Origin: Deltaproteobacteria bacterium
GTDB lineage: Bacteria > Myxococcota > Kuafuiibacteriia > Kuafuiibacteriales > Kuafuiibacteriaceae
Assembly: GCA_040218735.1 (NCBI GenBank)
Contig: JAVJQW010000023.1
Span: 352,001-416,000, forward strand
Direction: 5' to 3'
DNA: 64,000 nt
Shown: piece after piece, positions 27,573 through 38,300 of the stretch
Layout of the letters: the number at the start of each line of letters is the position of its first letter
Position numbering within the stretch: the first letter of the stretch is position 1
The notes under the pieces: generated by a model
The model's database searches: none
What the model saw: the letters and a program-made list of their open reading frames with translations, nothing else
What the model was told of the DNA's origin: nothing
Translations under genes and position numbers: made by a program

Positions 27573-29376
27573 CCTCACGCCGCTGCTCCGGCAGCAACCG
27601 CGACAGCTGCCACGCCTGGAACTGCAGCTGCCGCTCCGCGCTCACGAGGGCGCGGCGGAACCGGGAGACGATCAGCGTCGGCAGGAACACAACCGCGGTG
27701 TTGCCGAGGACGAGGGTCACGAACGTCGCGGCGGGCGGGAAGCTCGCGAGGTTGGGGAGGATGCGGATCGAGTCGCCCTCGAAGAGGTACGACGGCGGCA
27801 GTACACCGACGAACTGCAGGACCGCGGGCACGACGAACGCCGCCGAGGAGAACGCCGCAACCCAGATTGCACGCTGCCTCCTCCTCACGAGGAGGTACGC
27901 GATCGTGGTGATCGAAGCGATCGCCGGCACCAATACAAACGGGCCGAACACCGCGAGGAGCGCCGTCGACCACACGGTGCTCACGATGAACGTGATGTCG
28001 GTGGCGCGCGCTCCGTCCGTCGCGCGACGGGCCCAGAGCTCCGCGACGACCGCGAGGGCGTTGAGCGTCAACATCGCGACCAACAGCGGCACGCTCTGCA
28101 CGCCCATCCACACCACCAGTGGCATGAAGATGAACACCCCGAGGTGCGCGCCGACCAAACCCGGCACGACCTTGCCGGACGTGACCTGCCAGCGTTTGTC
28201 GACGATCTGCGCGACGTCGCGCGGCATGACCTTCGGCGGCGTACGAAGGATGCGGACGATCACCTCCATCGCCGATTCGTTCTCCGGATCGAGCGCGAGC
28301 GCGCGCCCGAGCTTCAGCATCGCTTCGTCGCGCGCCTGCTCTTCGCCGATCTCCTCCGCGCGATCGAAGATCGCCTCCGCCTCCGCGGCCTGCGCGACCG
28401 ACGCGGCGCGACGGCGCGTCAGATCCTCCTCACCCGCGAGGTGCCGCTCCACCTCCTCGTTCAACGCGCGGGCGCTCGGGTGGCGGCGGTCGGATTCGGG
28501 GTGCGTCGCGCGACGAACGATATCGAGGAGCGCAGGCGGTACCTCTGCGCCCGACGCACGCGCCGCCGCCTCGACGTCGACGCCGGACAGCGTCTTGTTC
28601 GCGCGCTCCGCTTCGTCACCGCCGAAGAGGCGCTCGTGCGTGAGGATCTCGAACAGGATCGCGCCGAGCGCGAACACGTCGGTGCGGCGGTCGACGGGAT
28701 CACCACGGAGCTGCTCCGGCGCGACGTAACCGAGGGTCCCGAGCACCTCCCCCGGCGACGTGAGATCCGGATCCGCCTTCCCCGCGAGGCGCTGCACGAT
28801 CGGCGTGTCGTCCGCCGCCTCCACCCGCGCGACGCCCCAGTCGAGGAGGTACACCTCACCGTAGTCACCGAGCATGATGTTCGCCGGCTTCACGTCGCGG
28901 TGGATGACGCCGTTCTCGTGCGCGAAGTCGAGCGCGAGGCAGATGCTGTTGAACGCGGTGAGCAACCGGTGCCGTGTGAAGTGCGGCTGCTCGGCGTCGA
29001 GGTGGCGCGTCGCCCCAGCGCGCTTCGCCTTCAACACCTCGGCGAGGGTCTGCCCGCGGACGCGCTTCATCGTGAAGCGCGGCACCGGCTCCAGCCACAG
29101 ATCGTAGACCGGCACGATCGCCGGGTGCTCGAGCTGCCCCTGCACACGCGCTTCGCGCACGAACCGCCGGTGGGCGTCCTCGCCCTTCGAGCCCTCGTGT
29201 TTTCGGAGGTACTTCAGCGCGACGACGCGCCCGAGGCGCTCGTCCTGCAGGGCGATCACCTCCCCCATCCCGCCGCGGCCGATGCGTTCGAGCTGCCGGT
29301 AGCGAGACTTGTCGATCGACGTCACGGGCTCGTCGTCGAACGGAGTTTCGGGCTGGGTCGCGTCACCGCTCGGCAT
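27562..29376 (-). CDS. Hanks-type Ser/Thr protein kinase with C-terminal multi-TM region
   Basis: GRGGMG, VALK, HRDVKPAN, DWG, YVAPE, DVFALG. Confidence 0.93.
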   Translation of the reverse strand: MPSGDATQPETPFDDEPVTSIDKSRYRQLERIGRGGMGEVIALQDERLGRVVALKYLRKHEGSKGEDAHRRFVREARVQGQLEHPAIVPVYDLWLEPVPRFTMKRVRGQTLAEVLKAKRAGATRHLDAEQPHFTRHRLLTAFNSICLALDFAHENGVIHRDVKPANIMLGDYGEVYLLDWGVARVEAADDTPIVQRLAGKADPDLTSPGEVLGTLGYVAPEQLRGDPVDRRTDVFALGAILFEILTHERLFGGDEAERANKTLSGVDVEAAARASGAEVPPALLDIVRRATHPESDRRHPSARALNEEVERHLAGEEDLTRRRAASVAQAAEAEAIFDRAEEIGEEQARDEAMLKLGRALALDPENESAMEVIVRILRTPPKVMPRDVAQIVDKRWQVTSGKVVPGLVGAHLGVFIFMPLVVWMGVQSVPLLVAMLTLNALAVVAELWARRATDGARATDITFIVSTVWSTALLAVFGPFVLVPAIASITTIAYLLVRRRQRAIWVAAFSSAAFVVPAVLQFVGVLPPSYLFEGDSIRILPNLASFPPAATFVTLVLGNTAVVFLPTLIVSRFRRALVSAERQLQFQAWQLSRLLPEQRREVTR

Positions 29377-29399
29377 CGGCCGAATCCTAGCGTGATCCA

Positions 29400-29449
29400 G
29401 CACATACGTGCGCGTGCGGGGTCGCGTGCGCGCACGTGCGCGCACGTGC
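29400..29449. repeat. Alternating purine-pyrimidine tracts containing a 22-bp palindrome
   Basis: 29423-29449 is perfectly alternating Y/R; CGTGCGCGCACGTGCGCGCACG (29425-29446) is self-complementary. Confidence 0.85.
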
Positions 29450-29499
29450 TGTTCGTGTGGGATCCGCCCGCGCGCGCCCGGTCTCGGTGGGCGCGGTCG

Positions 29500-29514
29500 T
29501 GGCCCCGCTCTTGC
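29500..29514 (+). promoter_or_regulatory. sigma54 -24/-12 promoter of the giant gene
   Basis: TGGCCCCGCTCTTGC = TGGC-N7-TTGC. Confidence 0.7.
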
Positions 29515-29528
29515 GTTGGCGCGGGGGC

Positions 29529-32500
29529 ATGGCCATCGACCCCGTCAGCCGAAACCGCCGTCGCTCGCTCGACTTCGTGAACGACGTCGTGCGCACCGCC
29601 GCCGCCCGCGTGCGATCCGGCGAAGAAGCCCCGAAGGCCGAGCCCGATGGCTGGGCCGAGCGCGCCGTTCAGGCGGTCGACCACGTGCTCGAGCAGATCG
29701 TCGTCGCCAAACCCGCGCCGCAGAAGGGCGCGACCGCGAGCGCCGGCGGGTCCGACAAAAACGTCGGCGTCTTCGCGAACACGGCGGAGGCCGACCCCGT
29801 CGCGACGGCGAACCAGGCGGCGATCGACGAGCTCCTCGCGCTGCCGGCACCCGAAGCCGACGGCCGCGGCACCGAATCGGTCGCGACTTTCCTCGACGCG
29901 ATGGCCGCGCGCGAAGCGGGCGAAGACCGCCCGGAAGGAACGCCGGACTACATCTGGAACACCACGCGCGCGCTGCAGAAGCAGGACATCACGCTCGCAG
30001 ACGTCGAGCACTACCTCGTGCACGGCACACTCCCCGACGCCGTCGATGAATCGGGCGCGGTGACGAAGACCGGCGCCGAACGATTCGCCAAGCTCGAGAA
30101 CGCAGCGACGCAGCGCGGGAGCTGGACCTCGGTCAACAGCCTCACGTTCCTCGTGCAGATGCGGCGCGCCTCCGTGAACACCCGCGCGGCGGCGCTCGCG
30201 ACCTACCGCGACACGCTCCCCGCCGACGACCCGATGCGCGCGGAGCTCGACGCGGCGATCGACGACGCCAAAGCGCTCACCAAGTCGCTGAAGGCCGGCC
30301 TCTCGACGATCTACACCGCGGCGACCTCGGCGCGAGAGACGAAGGCGGCGTCGCTCGTCGGCGAGGGCGAAGAGCTGTTGATGCAGGCGGCGGCGCTTCG
30401 CGACGAAGGCAAACACGCCGAGGCCGACCAGCTCGAAGCGGAGGCAAAGGCGCTCCTCGACTCCGGCGCGAGCATCGCGAGCTCGGAGGCGGCGTACCGC
30501 GCGCGCCAGTCGAGCGCGGGTTGGAACGCCGGCGATCTGTACGCGCTCGCGGCGCAGGCACAGACCGACCAAGGCGTCCTCGAGACCGAAGCGATGGTCC
30601 GATCCGGGACGCTCAGCGACGAGCCTTCCTCGTACTTCGGTGACGTCGCGGACGCGGGGAACGGCGTCGCCGGCGCGGCGTCGCTCATCGAGGCCGCGAA
30701 GGCCCACGACGCCGACGACGACCGCGTCCTCGCGCTCGAAGGCGACCTCGCGGGCGGGCTCGCGGTGTTCCACCAGGCGCACCTCGTCGATGGCGGCTAC
30801 CACGACCTCACGCTCGAAGAGCTCTCGTCGCCGAGCGGCGAGGCGCTGGTCGAGCATCGCTCCGCGTACCTCGAAGCGCGCGCGACGCAGCTCGACGTCA
30901 CCGAGAAGCGCCTGGACCTCATCCCCGAGGCGGCCGAGGTGTCGCCGGAGCTCGCGGCGAAGGCGGCGCAGATCGCGAAGGAGCGGCGCGTCATCCTGGA
31001 GGAGGTCACGCAAGATCTCGCGCGTGGAATCTCCGCGGATGAGGCGGCGAGCGACGCGAAGGCGCAGCTCCCGAAGATCGAGGAGGCGGTGTCCGAAGCG
31101 AAGTCCGCGGAGGACGACGCGTACGAGCGCGCGGGCATGTCGGGCGAGGATCGCGAGCGCATCGTCGACCAGACCGAAGCGTGGCTCGGCGACTGGGCGA
31201 AGACTTCGGGCGAAGAGACGCGCGACAAGGAGGCGCGTTCCGACGCGCGCTTGATCGAAGACTTCGACGAGGCGCAGGCCGAGTACGCGACGGCGCAGCG
31301 CCTCGGGCTGGAGCTCACGCAGAACGAGATGGAGACGCGCGCGGAGGAGCTCGAAGCGGCCGCGGGCCCGGCGCTCGCCGACGCAAACCTCGTCACCGCT
31401 GCGTTTGCGAGCGGGTCGACGAACGTCCGAGCGTACGAGGCGCTGCGCACCGAGGCGGACGACGCCGCGCTGGACGGCGAGGCGTACCTAGACCAGCTCG
31501 ACGCGACGATGCCCGAGGGCGGCCCGGAGCACCGCACGGCGGACCTGATGGTCGCCGGGCTGAGCCTGGACCTCGCGCGGTACTGGACGACGTCGACGGA
31601 CCTCGACAACGTCGTGACGGGGCACTCGTCCGAAGCGACGGAGCGCCTCGACAAGGCGGACGATCTGCTGGGGCGTGTCGACGAGACACGAACGTCACTG
31701 ATGGACGGCAACGCAGGACGGCTTGCGCTGGCGGTGGGCACCGTCGAGGTGCGGTCTTCGTTGGCGGAGGCAAACGCGGACTATCGAATCGGTGAGGCGG
31801 CGCGGCAGATCGATCTCGCGGAGGGCGTGCTCGGGGATCTCGACGGCGACTTGCTGGAGTCCGCGGAGGCGCGCGTCGGCGGCGCCGCGATCTCCGCGGT
31901 GATGCGGCACGAGGGACGCTTCGACGAGGTGCTCGCGGCCGGCGGCTACGAAGCGGGCGCGGCGGACGACCTGTTGGCGGCGGCGCGAAAGCACCTCGAC
32001 GGGACGACGGACACGAGCGACGCGACGATCCTCGCGCTCTACCAGCTGGAGAAGTTGGAGGGTGCGTTGGAGAACGTCGACGACGTCTTGGTCGCGAGCC
32101 AGAAACAGGTCGAGAACGGGCACGCGTACGCCGAGGCGCAGATCATGAAGATCGCGCGAATGGAGATCGCAAACGCGCAGGCGCAGGTGTCTTCGGTGAT
32201 CACCGGCGCGACGTGGCTGCTCACGTTCGGGCAGGTCGACATGAAGGAGGACATGGCGGACGCGGGCGAGGAGGCGGCGTCGTGGCGCGTCGCACGCTCC
32301 GAGAGCGCGATGACCGAGCTCGTCGACGGGGCGGATCAGCTGCTGGGCGCGTGGGACCGCGCGACGCGCGAGGGGGAGCAGCTGGAGATGTTGCACAGCC
32401 TGCGGATCCTCACCGACGACAGCACGGCGTACGACGGTGAGGCGCGCGGGTTCTTCGACGCGCGGATGGGCGACGACGATGCGTGGAAGTCGTTCGTGAA

Positions 32501-35312
32501 CGACGCGATCGACGGCGGCCAGATCCCGGTGGCGTCCGCGTTCGAAGGGACGGTGCTCGGGTTCGAGTCGACGTTGGAGAAGCTCGGCAGCCACGACGTC
32601 GCGGTCCTCACGCCGACGATGCACAGCGCGATCGAGTCGGGCGCCGCGCGGCTGGAGCAGGTGAGCGAGAACATGACGCTGATGGTGGCGTTCAACCTCA
32701 CGGCCGAGTTCTTCCTCGGGCTCGTCCTCACGGGCGGGCTCGCGGCGGAGGCGACGGCGGGGCGCGCGGCGCACGCGGCGAACGCAATCGGCACCGCCAC
32801 CGAGGCGGCGAACGCGGCGCGGTCGCTCACGTTGATGGGGCGCGCGGGGCAGGCGCTCGCGAACTTCAAGGCGGCGCACGGCGTGTTGTACGCGATGGGC
32901 ACGACGACGCTCGTGGGCGGCGGGATGATGGGCGCGAGCTGGACCGCGAAGAAGGCGTTCGGCGCGAACACCGGTGTGGCGCGTGGGTTCGACATCGTCG
33001 CGAACATCGCGGTGCCGTTGGCGGCGCTGCGGGCGGCGAAGCCGGAGCAGGTCCTGCGGCTCGCGACGCAAACGGCGAAGGTGCAGCAGAACGTGGGGCG
33101 GATGTCGTCCTTGATGTCTTCGCTCTCGAAGGACGCGTGGAAGGCGGCGGCGATCAAGTACGGCCCCGACGCGTTGATCGGCGGGACGCAGACCTTCTCG
33201 ATCGCGATGGTCACGCCGTGGCTCGCCGAGAAGCTCGACCTGCGCACGGAAGGTGAGCAGATGTTGCTCGGCCTCGCGTTGAACACACTGTCGGCGGGGG
33301 GCCTCGCGACGGGGTACGCGGCGTTCGGCGGGAACGCGCGGGCGAAGGGCATCGCGGAGGGCTTCGAGGGCGCGAACGTGAAGGGTGTCGCGAAGGCGCT
33401 CGACGCGTTCGACAAGATCGACGGGATGCCTTCGGCGGCGCAGCTGTCGACGCTGGAGGCGCAGCTCACGAAGCACCTCGGCGCGACGGGCGATCAACGC
33501 GCCCAGGTCTCGGCGCTGGTCGAGGGGATGCGTGTCGAGCGCGCGACGGCGGAAGGGTTCTCGGGGGCTTCGATCGGCGTGGGCTCCGAGGTCACCGCGC
33601 GTGACGCGGTGGCGGCGCTGGACTCGGCGGCGGAGCAGCTGTTCGCTTCGCGGCTCGAGACGGATCCGTCCGCGTCGCGTGCGCAGGCGTACCAGGACGC
33701 GGCCGACGGCGTGACACGCGCGTTGGTGGACGGTGCGCCCGCGTTGGTCGCGGAGGTTCAGATCGCGGCGACGGATCGGGCGAACGCGATCACGATCGCG
33801 GAGGCCTACGCGACGCCGGCGCAGCGCGCGAAGGCGGAGGCGGTGCTCGCGGAGGCGCTTCCGTCGTTGCGGGAGGGGATGCAGAACGGTGCGGTCGACG
33901 CCGACGCCGTCCGTACGCGTCTCGTCGAAGAGGCGGGGCTGTCGCCGACGGCGGCGGACGAGGCGGTGTTCGCCGCGCAGTACCAGCTCGCGCTGGACGC
34001 CGTGCAACGTGACTTGCCGCTGGTGCAGGCGGAGACGGCGCCGCTCTCCAACGCGGAGATCGCCGAGGCGGTGTTCGGGGTCGCGGAGCAAGCTGGGTTG
34101 ACGCCGGAGGCGGCGCTCGCGCTGAGCGACGACCTCGTCGCGAAGGCGGGGTTCGTCGACTGGGTGCGGAGCTTGGCGCCGCAGAGCACGTGGTCGGCGT
34201 CGATGCGGAGAGACAAGTTCCTCGAAGTCGCGCAGCAGAAGGCCCCGGCGGTCCACGCGGAGATGTCGAAGCTGACGGTGGAGCAGTTCGAGGCGATCGC
34301 GATGGGCGGTGCGATTCCGAACGGCTTCTTCGCCATCGGTGACATCCCCGGCTTCGCGGCGTTGGCCGCTCAGCAGCCGTGGGCAGCCCGCGGTTTGGCG
34401 GACGCGACGACGTTGGTCGGCGTGAAGAACGGTCAGTGGGCGTTCAAGGCCGAGATCGGGAAGCTCGTCGCGGCGGAGGGGGGCAAGCGGCTCCAGCAGA
34501 ACCCGAACGGTCCGAAGATCGGGCACGACCCGAAGGATTGGTCGACGGCGGCCGACCTCGCCGCGGACTACATCCCGCACCTGACGCCGAGCTCGATCGT
34601 GAAGGACTACTGGCTCGCGACGTTCGAGAACCAGAACCTGGTGTCGATCCCGAAGTACAACCTTCGGCCGATGCCGAAACACGACGGCAGTGGCGCGTTC
34701 AACGAGGGCGTCGTGCTGCCGGGCGGGAAGCGGGGGAAGACGACGACGATCGACTTCGCGAACCTGTCGGACGTGAAGCTGCTGGATGCGAACCTGCAGC
34801 CGATCACCGACATGACGAAGGTGTTGGTGTTCAGCGGACACGGGTCGCCGCTCACCGGGACGATCAGCGGGAAGTCGCCGAAGAAGTCGGCCGCGTTGGT
34901 CGCGGAGCAGATCCACCACGCGCACCTGAAGGGGGACGCCATCGAGTTCGTGCTGCTCGACGCGTGTCACCAGCGGGACAAGCGCCTCTACTTCGGGAAG
35001 TCACACGCGCAGCTGTTGAAGAAACACCTCAACGCGGAGCTGAAGAAGCTGGGTTTGCCGGCGGTGGAGGTGCTCGCGGCGAAGCACTCCGGGCCGACGT
35101 ACGGCTACGGCAAGCAGAAGTCGTCGTGGTTCCACCGCGATCAGAACGGAAAGCTCAGACTGGGTGGGCGCGACATCCCGACGGACTTCCGACCGGCGGA
35201 CCACTCGAGGTTGTTCTTCGGGAAGGCGGACGCGGTCCTCGCAGCGACGGTGGGGACACTCGGCGGGCTCGGGGTGCTCACCGCGATCATCCTGGACCAG
35301 CAGAAGAAGTGA
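29529..35312 (+). CDS. Giant hypothetical protein (1927 aa): helical body, hydrophobic core, C-terminal caspase/CPD-like His-Cys motif and terminal TM
   Basis: Uninterrupted ORF with strong codon bias; VLVFSGHG and FVLLDAC motifs near the C-terminus; start set at MAIDPVS. Confidence 0.85.
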   Translation: MAIDPVSRNRRRSLDFVNDVVRTAAARVRSGEEAPKAEPDGWAERAVQAVDHVLEQIVVAKPAPQKGATASAGGSDKNVGVFANTAEADPVATANQAAIDELLALPAPEADGRGTESVATFLDAMAAREAGEDRPEGTPDYIWNTTRALQKQDITLADVEHYLVHGTLPDAVDESGAVTKTGAERFAKLENAATQRGSWTSVNSLTFLVQMRRASVNTRAAALATYRDTLPADDPMRAELDAAIDDAKALTKSLKAGLSTIYTAATSARETKAASLVGEGEELLMQAAALRDEGKHAEADQLEAEAKALLDSGASIASSEAAYRARQSSAGWNAGDLYALAAQAQTDQGVLETEAMVRSGTLSDEPSSYFGDVADAGNGVAGAASLIEAAKAHDADDDRVLALEGDLAGGLAVFHQAHLVDGGYHDLTLEELSSPSGEALVEHRSAYLEARATQLDVTEKRLDLIPEAAEVSPELAAKAAQIAKERRVILEEVTQDLARGISADEAASDAKAQLPKIEEAVSEAKSAEDDAYERAGMSGEDRERIVDQTEAWLGDWAKTSGEETRDKEARSDARLIEDFDEAQAEYATAQRLGLELTQNEMETRAEELEAAAGPALADANLVTAAFASGSTNVRAYEALRTEADDAALDGEAYLDQLDATMPEGGPEHRTADLMVAGLSLDLARYWTTSTDLDNVVTGHSSEATERLDKADDLLGRVDETRTSLMDGNAGRLALAVGTVEVRSSLAEANADYRIGEAARQIDLAEGVLGDLDGDLLESAEARVGGAAISAVMRHEGRFDEVLAAGGYEAGAADDLLAAARKHLDGTTDTSDATILALYQLEKLEGALENVDDVLVASQKQVENGHAYAEAQIMKIARMEIANAQAQVSSVITGATWLLTFGQVDMKEDMADAGEEAASWRVARSESAMTELVDGADQLLGAWDRATREGEQLEMLHSLRILTDDSTAYDGEARGFFDARMGDDDAWKSFVNDAIDGGQIPVASAFEGTVLGFESTLEKLGSHDVAVLTPTMHSAIESGAARLEQVSENMTLMVAFNLTAEFFLGLVLTGGLAAEATAGRAAHAANAIGTATEAANAARSLTLMGRAGQALANFKAAHGVLYAMGTTTLVGGGMMGASWTAKKAFGANTGVARGFDIVANIAVPLAALRAAKPEQVLRLATQTAKVQQNVGRMSSLMSSLSKDAWKAAAIKYGPDALIGGTQTFSIAMVTPWLAEKLDLRTEGEQMLLGLALNTLSAGGLATGYAAFGGNARAKGIAEGFEGANVKGVAKALDAFDKIDGMPSAAQLSTLEAQLTKHLGATGDQRAQVSALVEGMRVERATAEGFSGASIGVGSEVTARDAVAALDSAAEQLFASRLETDPSASRAQAYQDAADGVTRALVDGAPALVAEVQIAATDRANAITIAEAYATPAQRAKAEAVLAEALPSLREGMQNGAVDADAVRTRLVEEAGLSPTAADEAVFAAQYQLALDAVQRDLPLVQAETAPLSNAEIAEAVFGVAEQAGLTPEAALALSDDLVAKAGFVDWVRSLAPQSTWSASMRRDKFLEVAQQKAPAVHAEMSKLTVEQFEAIAMGGAIPNGFFAIGDIPGFAALAAQQPWAARGLADATTLVGVKNGQWAFKAEIGKLVAAEGGKRLQQNPNGPKIGHDPKDWSTAADLAADYIPHLTPSSIVKDYWLATFENQNLVSIPKYNLRPMPKHDGSGAFNEGVVLPGGKRGKTTTIDFANLSDVKLLDANLQPITDMTKVLVFSGHGSPLTGTISGKSPKKSAALVAEQIHHAHLKGDAIEFVLLDACHQRDKRLYFGKSHAQLLKKHLNAELKKLGLPAVEVLAAKHSGPTYGYGKQKSSWFHRDQNGKLRLGGRDIPTDFRPADHSRLFFGKADAVLAATVGTLGGLGVLTAIILDQQKK

Positions 35313-35313
35313 C

Positions 35314-38300
35314 TCAGAAGAAGTTGCGCGCCACGGCGACCCCCGGTTGGGGGACCGCGAGCGGTGCGAAGTGATCGACGATCAGGTTGACGACGCGGCC
35401 GGTGCGTTGGACTTCACCGTCGGCGATCAACATGACCTCGTCGCGCGCGACGTTTCGGTAGCGCGCGTAGACGTGGCTGAAGACGACGAGGTTCATGTGG
35501 CCGTCTTCGTCTTCGAGGGTCATGAAGATGACGCCCGACGCGGTGCCGGGGCGCTGACGGGTGACGGCCATACCGCCGACGCGGACTCGCCTGCCGTGCG
35601 GTGCGCGTTCGAGCTCCAGGAAGCCGAGGACCTTGCGACGTTTCATCTCGTCGCGGACGAGCTGCATCGGGTGGGTGTTCACGGAGAGCCCGACGGTCGC
35701 GTAGTCGGCGCGCATCTTCTCGGTCGGCGACATCTTCGGGAGCTTCGTCGCGCTCTCGGTTTCGTCGGGGAGCGGGACGCCGAAGAGCAGCGGTGAGCGG
35801 CGGTCCATCGAGGTGACCCGCCACAGCGCTTCGCGACGCGACAGACCGAGCTCGTCGAGCGCGCCCGACGCGGCGAGGCGGGCGGCGACGTCGCGCGGGA
35901 GGTCGGCGCGAAGGACGAGATCTTCGACGCTCTCGAACGGGCGTGACTCGCGCGCGTCGACGATGCGTTCGGCGATCGGTTCGGACATGCCGTAGACCTC
36001 GCGGAAGCCGAGCCGCACGGCGGGTTGCACGGGGAGGCCGTAGGTCGAGCGACCTTCGAGGTGGTCCGCCCACGGCGTGTGTTTCTTGATCTTGTGTTTC
36101 GACTCGCGCCACCAGCGCTCCTGGTGCGCTTCGGTGGAGGGTTCGAGCGTCGAGTCCCAGTGGCTCATCGAGATGGTGGGTGCGCGGTGTTCGACGCCGT
36201 GACGTTGGGCGTCGGCGACGAGGGTGTGCGGCGCGTAGAAGCCCATGGGTTGGCTGTTGAGGAGCGCGGCGACGAACGCGGCGGGGTGGTAGCGTTTGAG
36301 GTAACACGACGCGTATCCGATCAGCGCGAACGACGCGGCGTGGGACTCCGGGAAGCCGTAGCCGCCGAAGCCCTGGATCATGCGGAAGACGCGCTCGGCG
36401 TACTCCTGCTCGAGGCCGTTGCCGAGCATGCCGGCGATGAGTCGATCGCGGAGGCGATCGATGTGTACCTGTGAGGACCAGCCGATCGCGCGTCGCAGCT
36501 CGTCGGCTTCGCCGGGGGTGAAGCCAGCGATGGCCACCGCCATCTTCATGACCTGCTCCTGGAAGAGCGGGACGCCGTAGGTGCGGCCGAGGATCTTCTC
36601 GAGCGCGGGGTGCGGGTACTCGACCTTCTCGAGGCCGTCGCGGCGTCGTAGGTACGGGTGGATCATGTCGCCCTGGATCGGTCCGGGGCGGACGATCGCG
36701 ACGGAGACGACGAGGTCGTAGAAGGTTCGTGGTTCGAGGCGCGGGAGCATCTGCATCTGCGCGCGCGACTCGACCTGGAAGGTGCCGACGGTGTCGGCGT
36801 CGCAGATCATGTCGTAGGTCGCGGGGTCTTCGCTCGGGATGTTGGCGAGCGTGAGTTGCTTGCCTTCGGTGTCGAGGACGAAGTCGAACGCGCGGTGGAC
36901 GGCGCTCAGTATCCCGAGCGCGAGCAGATCGATCTTTACGAGGCCGAGCGTCTCGACGTCGCGTTTGTCCCACGCGACGACGGTTCGGTACTCCTTCGTC
37001 GCGTTCTCGACCGGGACGATCTCCACGAGCGGCTCCTTCGTCACGACGAAGCCGCCGGAGTGCAGACCGAGGTGACGCGGAAAGCCTTGGAGGGTCTCGG
37101 CCCACTCGACGACCTGCTGGACGATCGGGTCGTCGGGATCGAGGCCGCACTCACGGAGCTCGTCGCCGTCGAGCTCACCCGCGGCCCAGTGGCCGCGGCC
37201 GCGGGTGAGTTTGTCGATCTGGTCCAGGCCGAGGCCGAACACCTTGCCGACTTCGCGGTAGGCGAGCTTGCCGCGGTAGCAGATGAAGTTCGCGACCATC
37301 GCCGCGTGCTCGCGTCCGTACTTCTCGTAGACGTACTGGATGACCTCCTCGCGGCGGTCGTGTTCGAAGTCGACGTCGATGTCGGGGGGCTCGCCGCGCT
37401 CGACGGAGATGAAGCGCTCGAACAGCAGGTTCATGCGCACCGGGTCGATCGATGTGATGCCCAGGCAGTAGCAGACGACCGAGTTCGCGGCGGAGCCCCG
37501 GCCCTGGCACAGGATGTTGCGGCTGCGCGCGTAGCGAACGATGTCCCAGACGGTGAGGAAGTAACCCGCGAAGTCGAGCTCCTCGATGAGCTTCATCTCG
37601 TGGTCGATCTGTCGCCGCACCACCTCGGGGACTCCGTCTGGGTAGCGCTCGGTCGCGCCCTTCTCGACGAGCTTGGTCAGGTAGCTCATCCCGGTCTCCC
37701 CCGCGGGGAGCACCTCGAGGGTGAAGCTCTGGTGGAGCTCTTCGAGCCGGAACGAACAGCGGTCGGCGATGTGGACGCTCATCTCGATCGCCTCGGGGAG
37801 GTCGGCGAACAGCGCGGTCATCTCCTCCGGCGACTTGAGGTGCGCGTTGGTGTTGGGCTGGAGGCGCCGCCCGCCTTCGTCGAGGCGAACGCCGAGGCGG
37901 ACGCACGACAAGATGTCTTGCAGCGGCTTGCGGGAGCGTTCGTGCATGAGCACCCCGCCGGTCGCGACGATCGGGAGCTGGAACCGCGCGGACGCGGACT
38001 GCACGGCTTCGACGCGAAGGCGATCGAACGGCGACAGCGAACGCTCCACCGCGAGCGCGAGACGATCGCCGAAGACCTCGCGCTCGCGCGCGATGAGGAG
38101 CGCGTCGAGGGGGCCGACGTGGATCGCCTGCAAGCCCTCGGCGTTCTGCGCGACGTCGTCGAAGCGGAGCTGAAAGCCACCCTTCCCGACACGCCGACGG
38201 CCGAGGGTGAGCAAGCGCGAGAGGCGGGCGTAGCTGTCACGGTCCGTGGCGAGCAGGACCAGGCCCGGCGACTCGCGGCCGGTGCGTGCGTCGACGTCGA

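Noticed and set aside
29529-35312. Phage tape-measure protein
   Set aside because: No phage genes nearby; a sigma54 promoter and protease-like C-terminus do not fit, though a profile search is needed to exclude it fully
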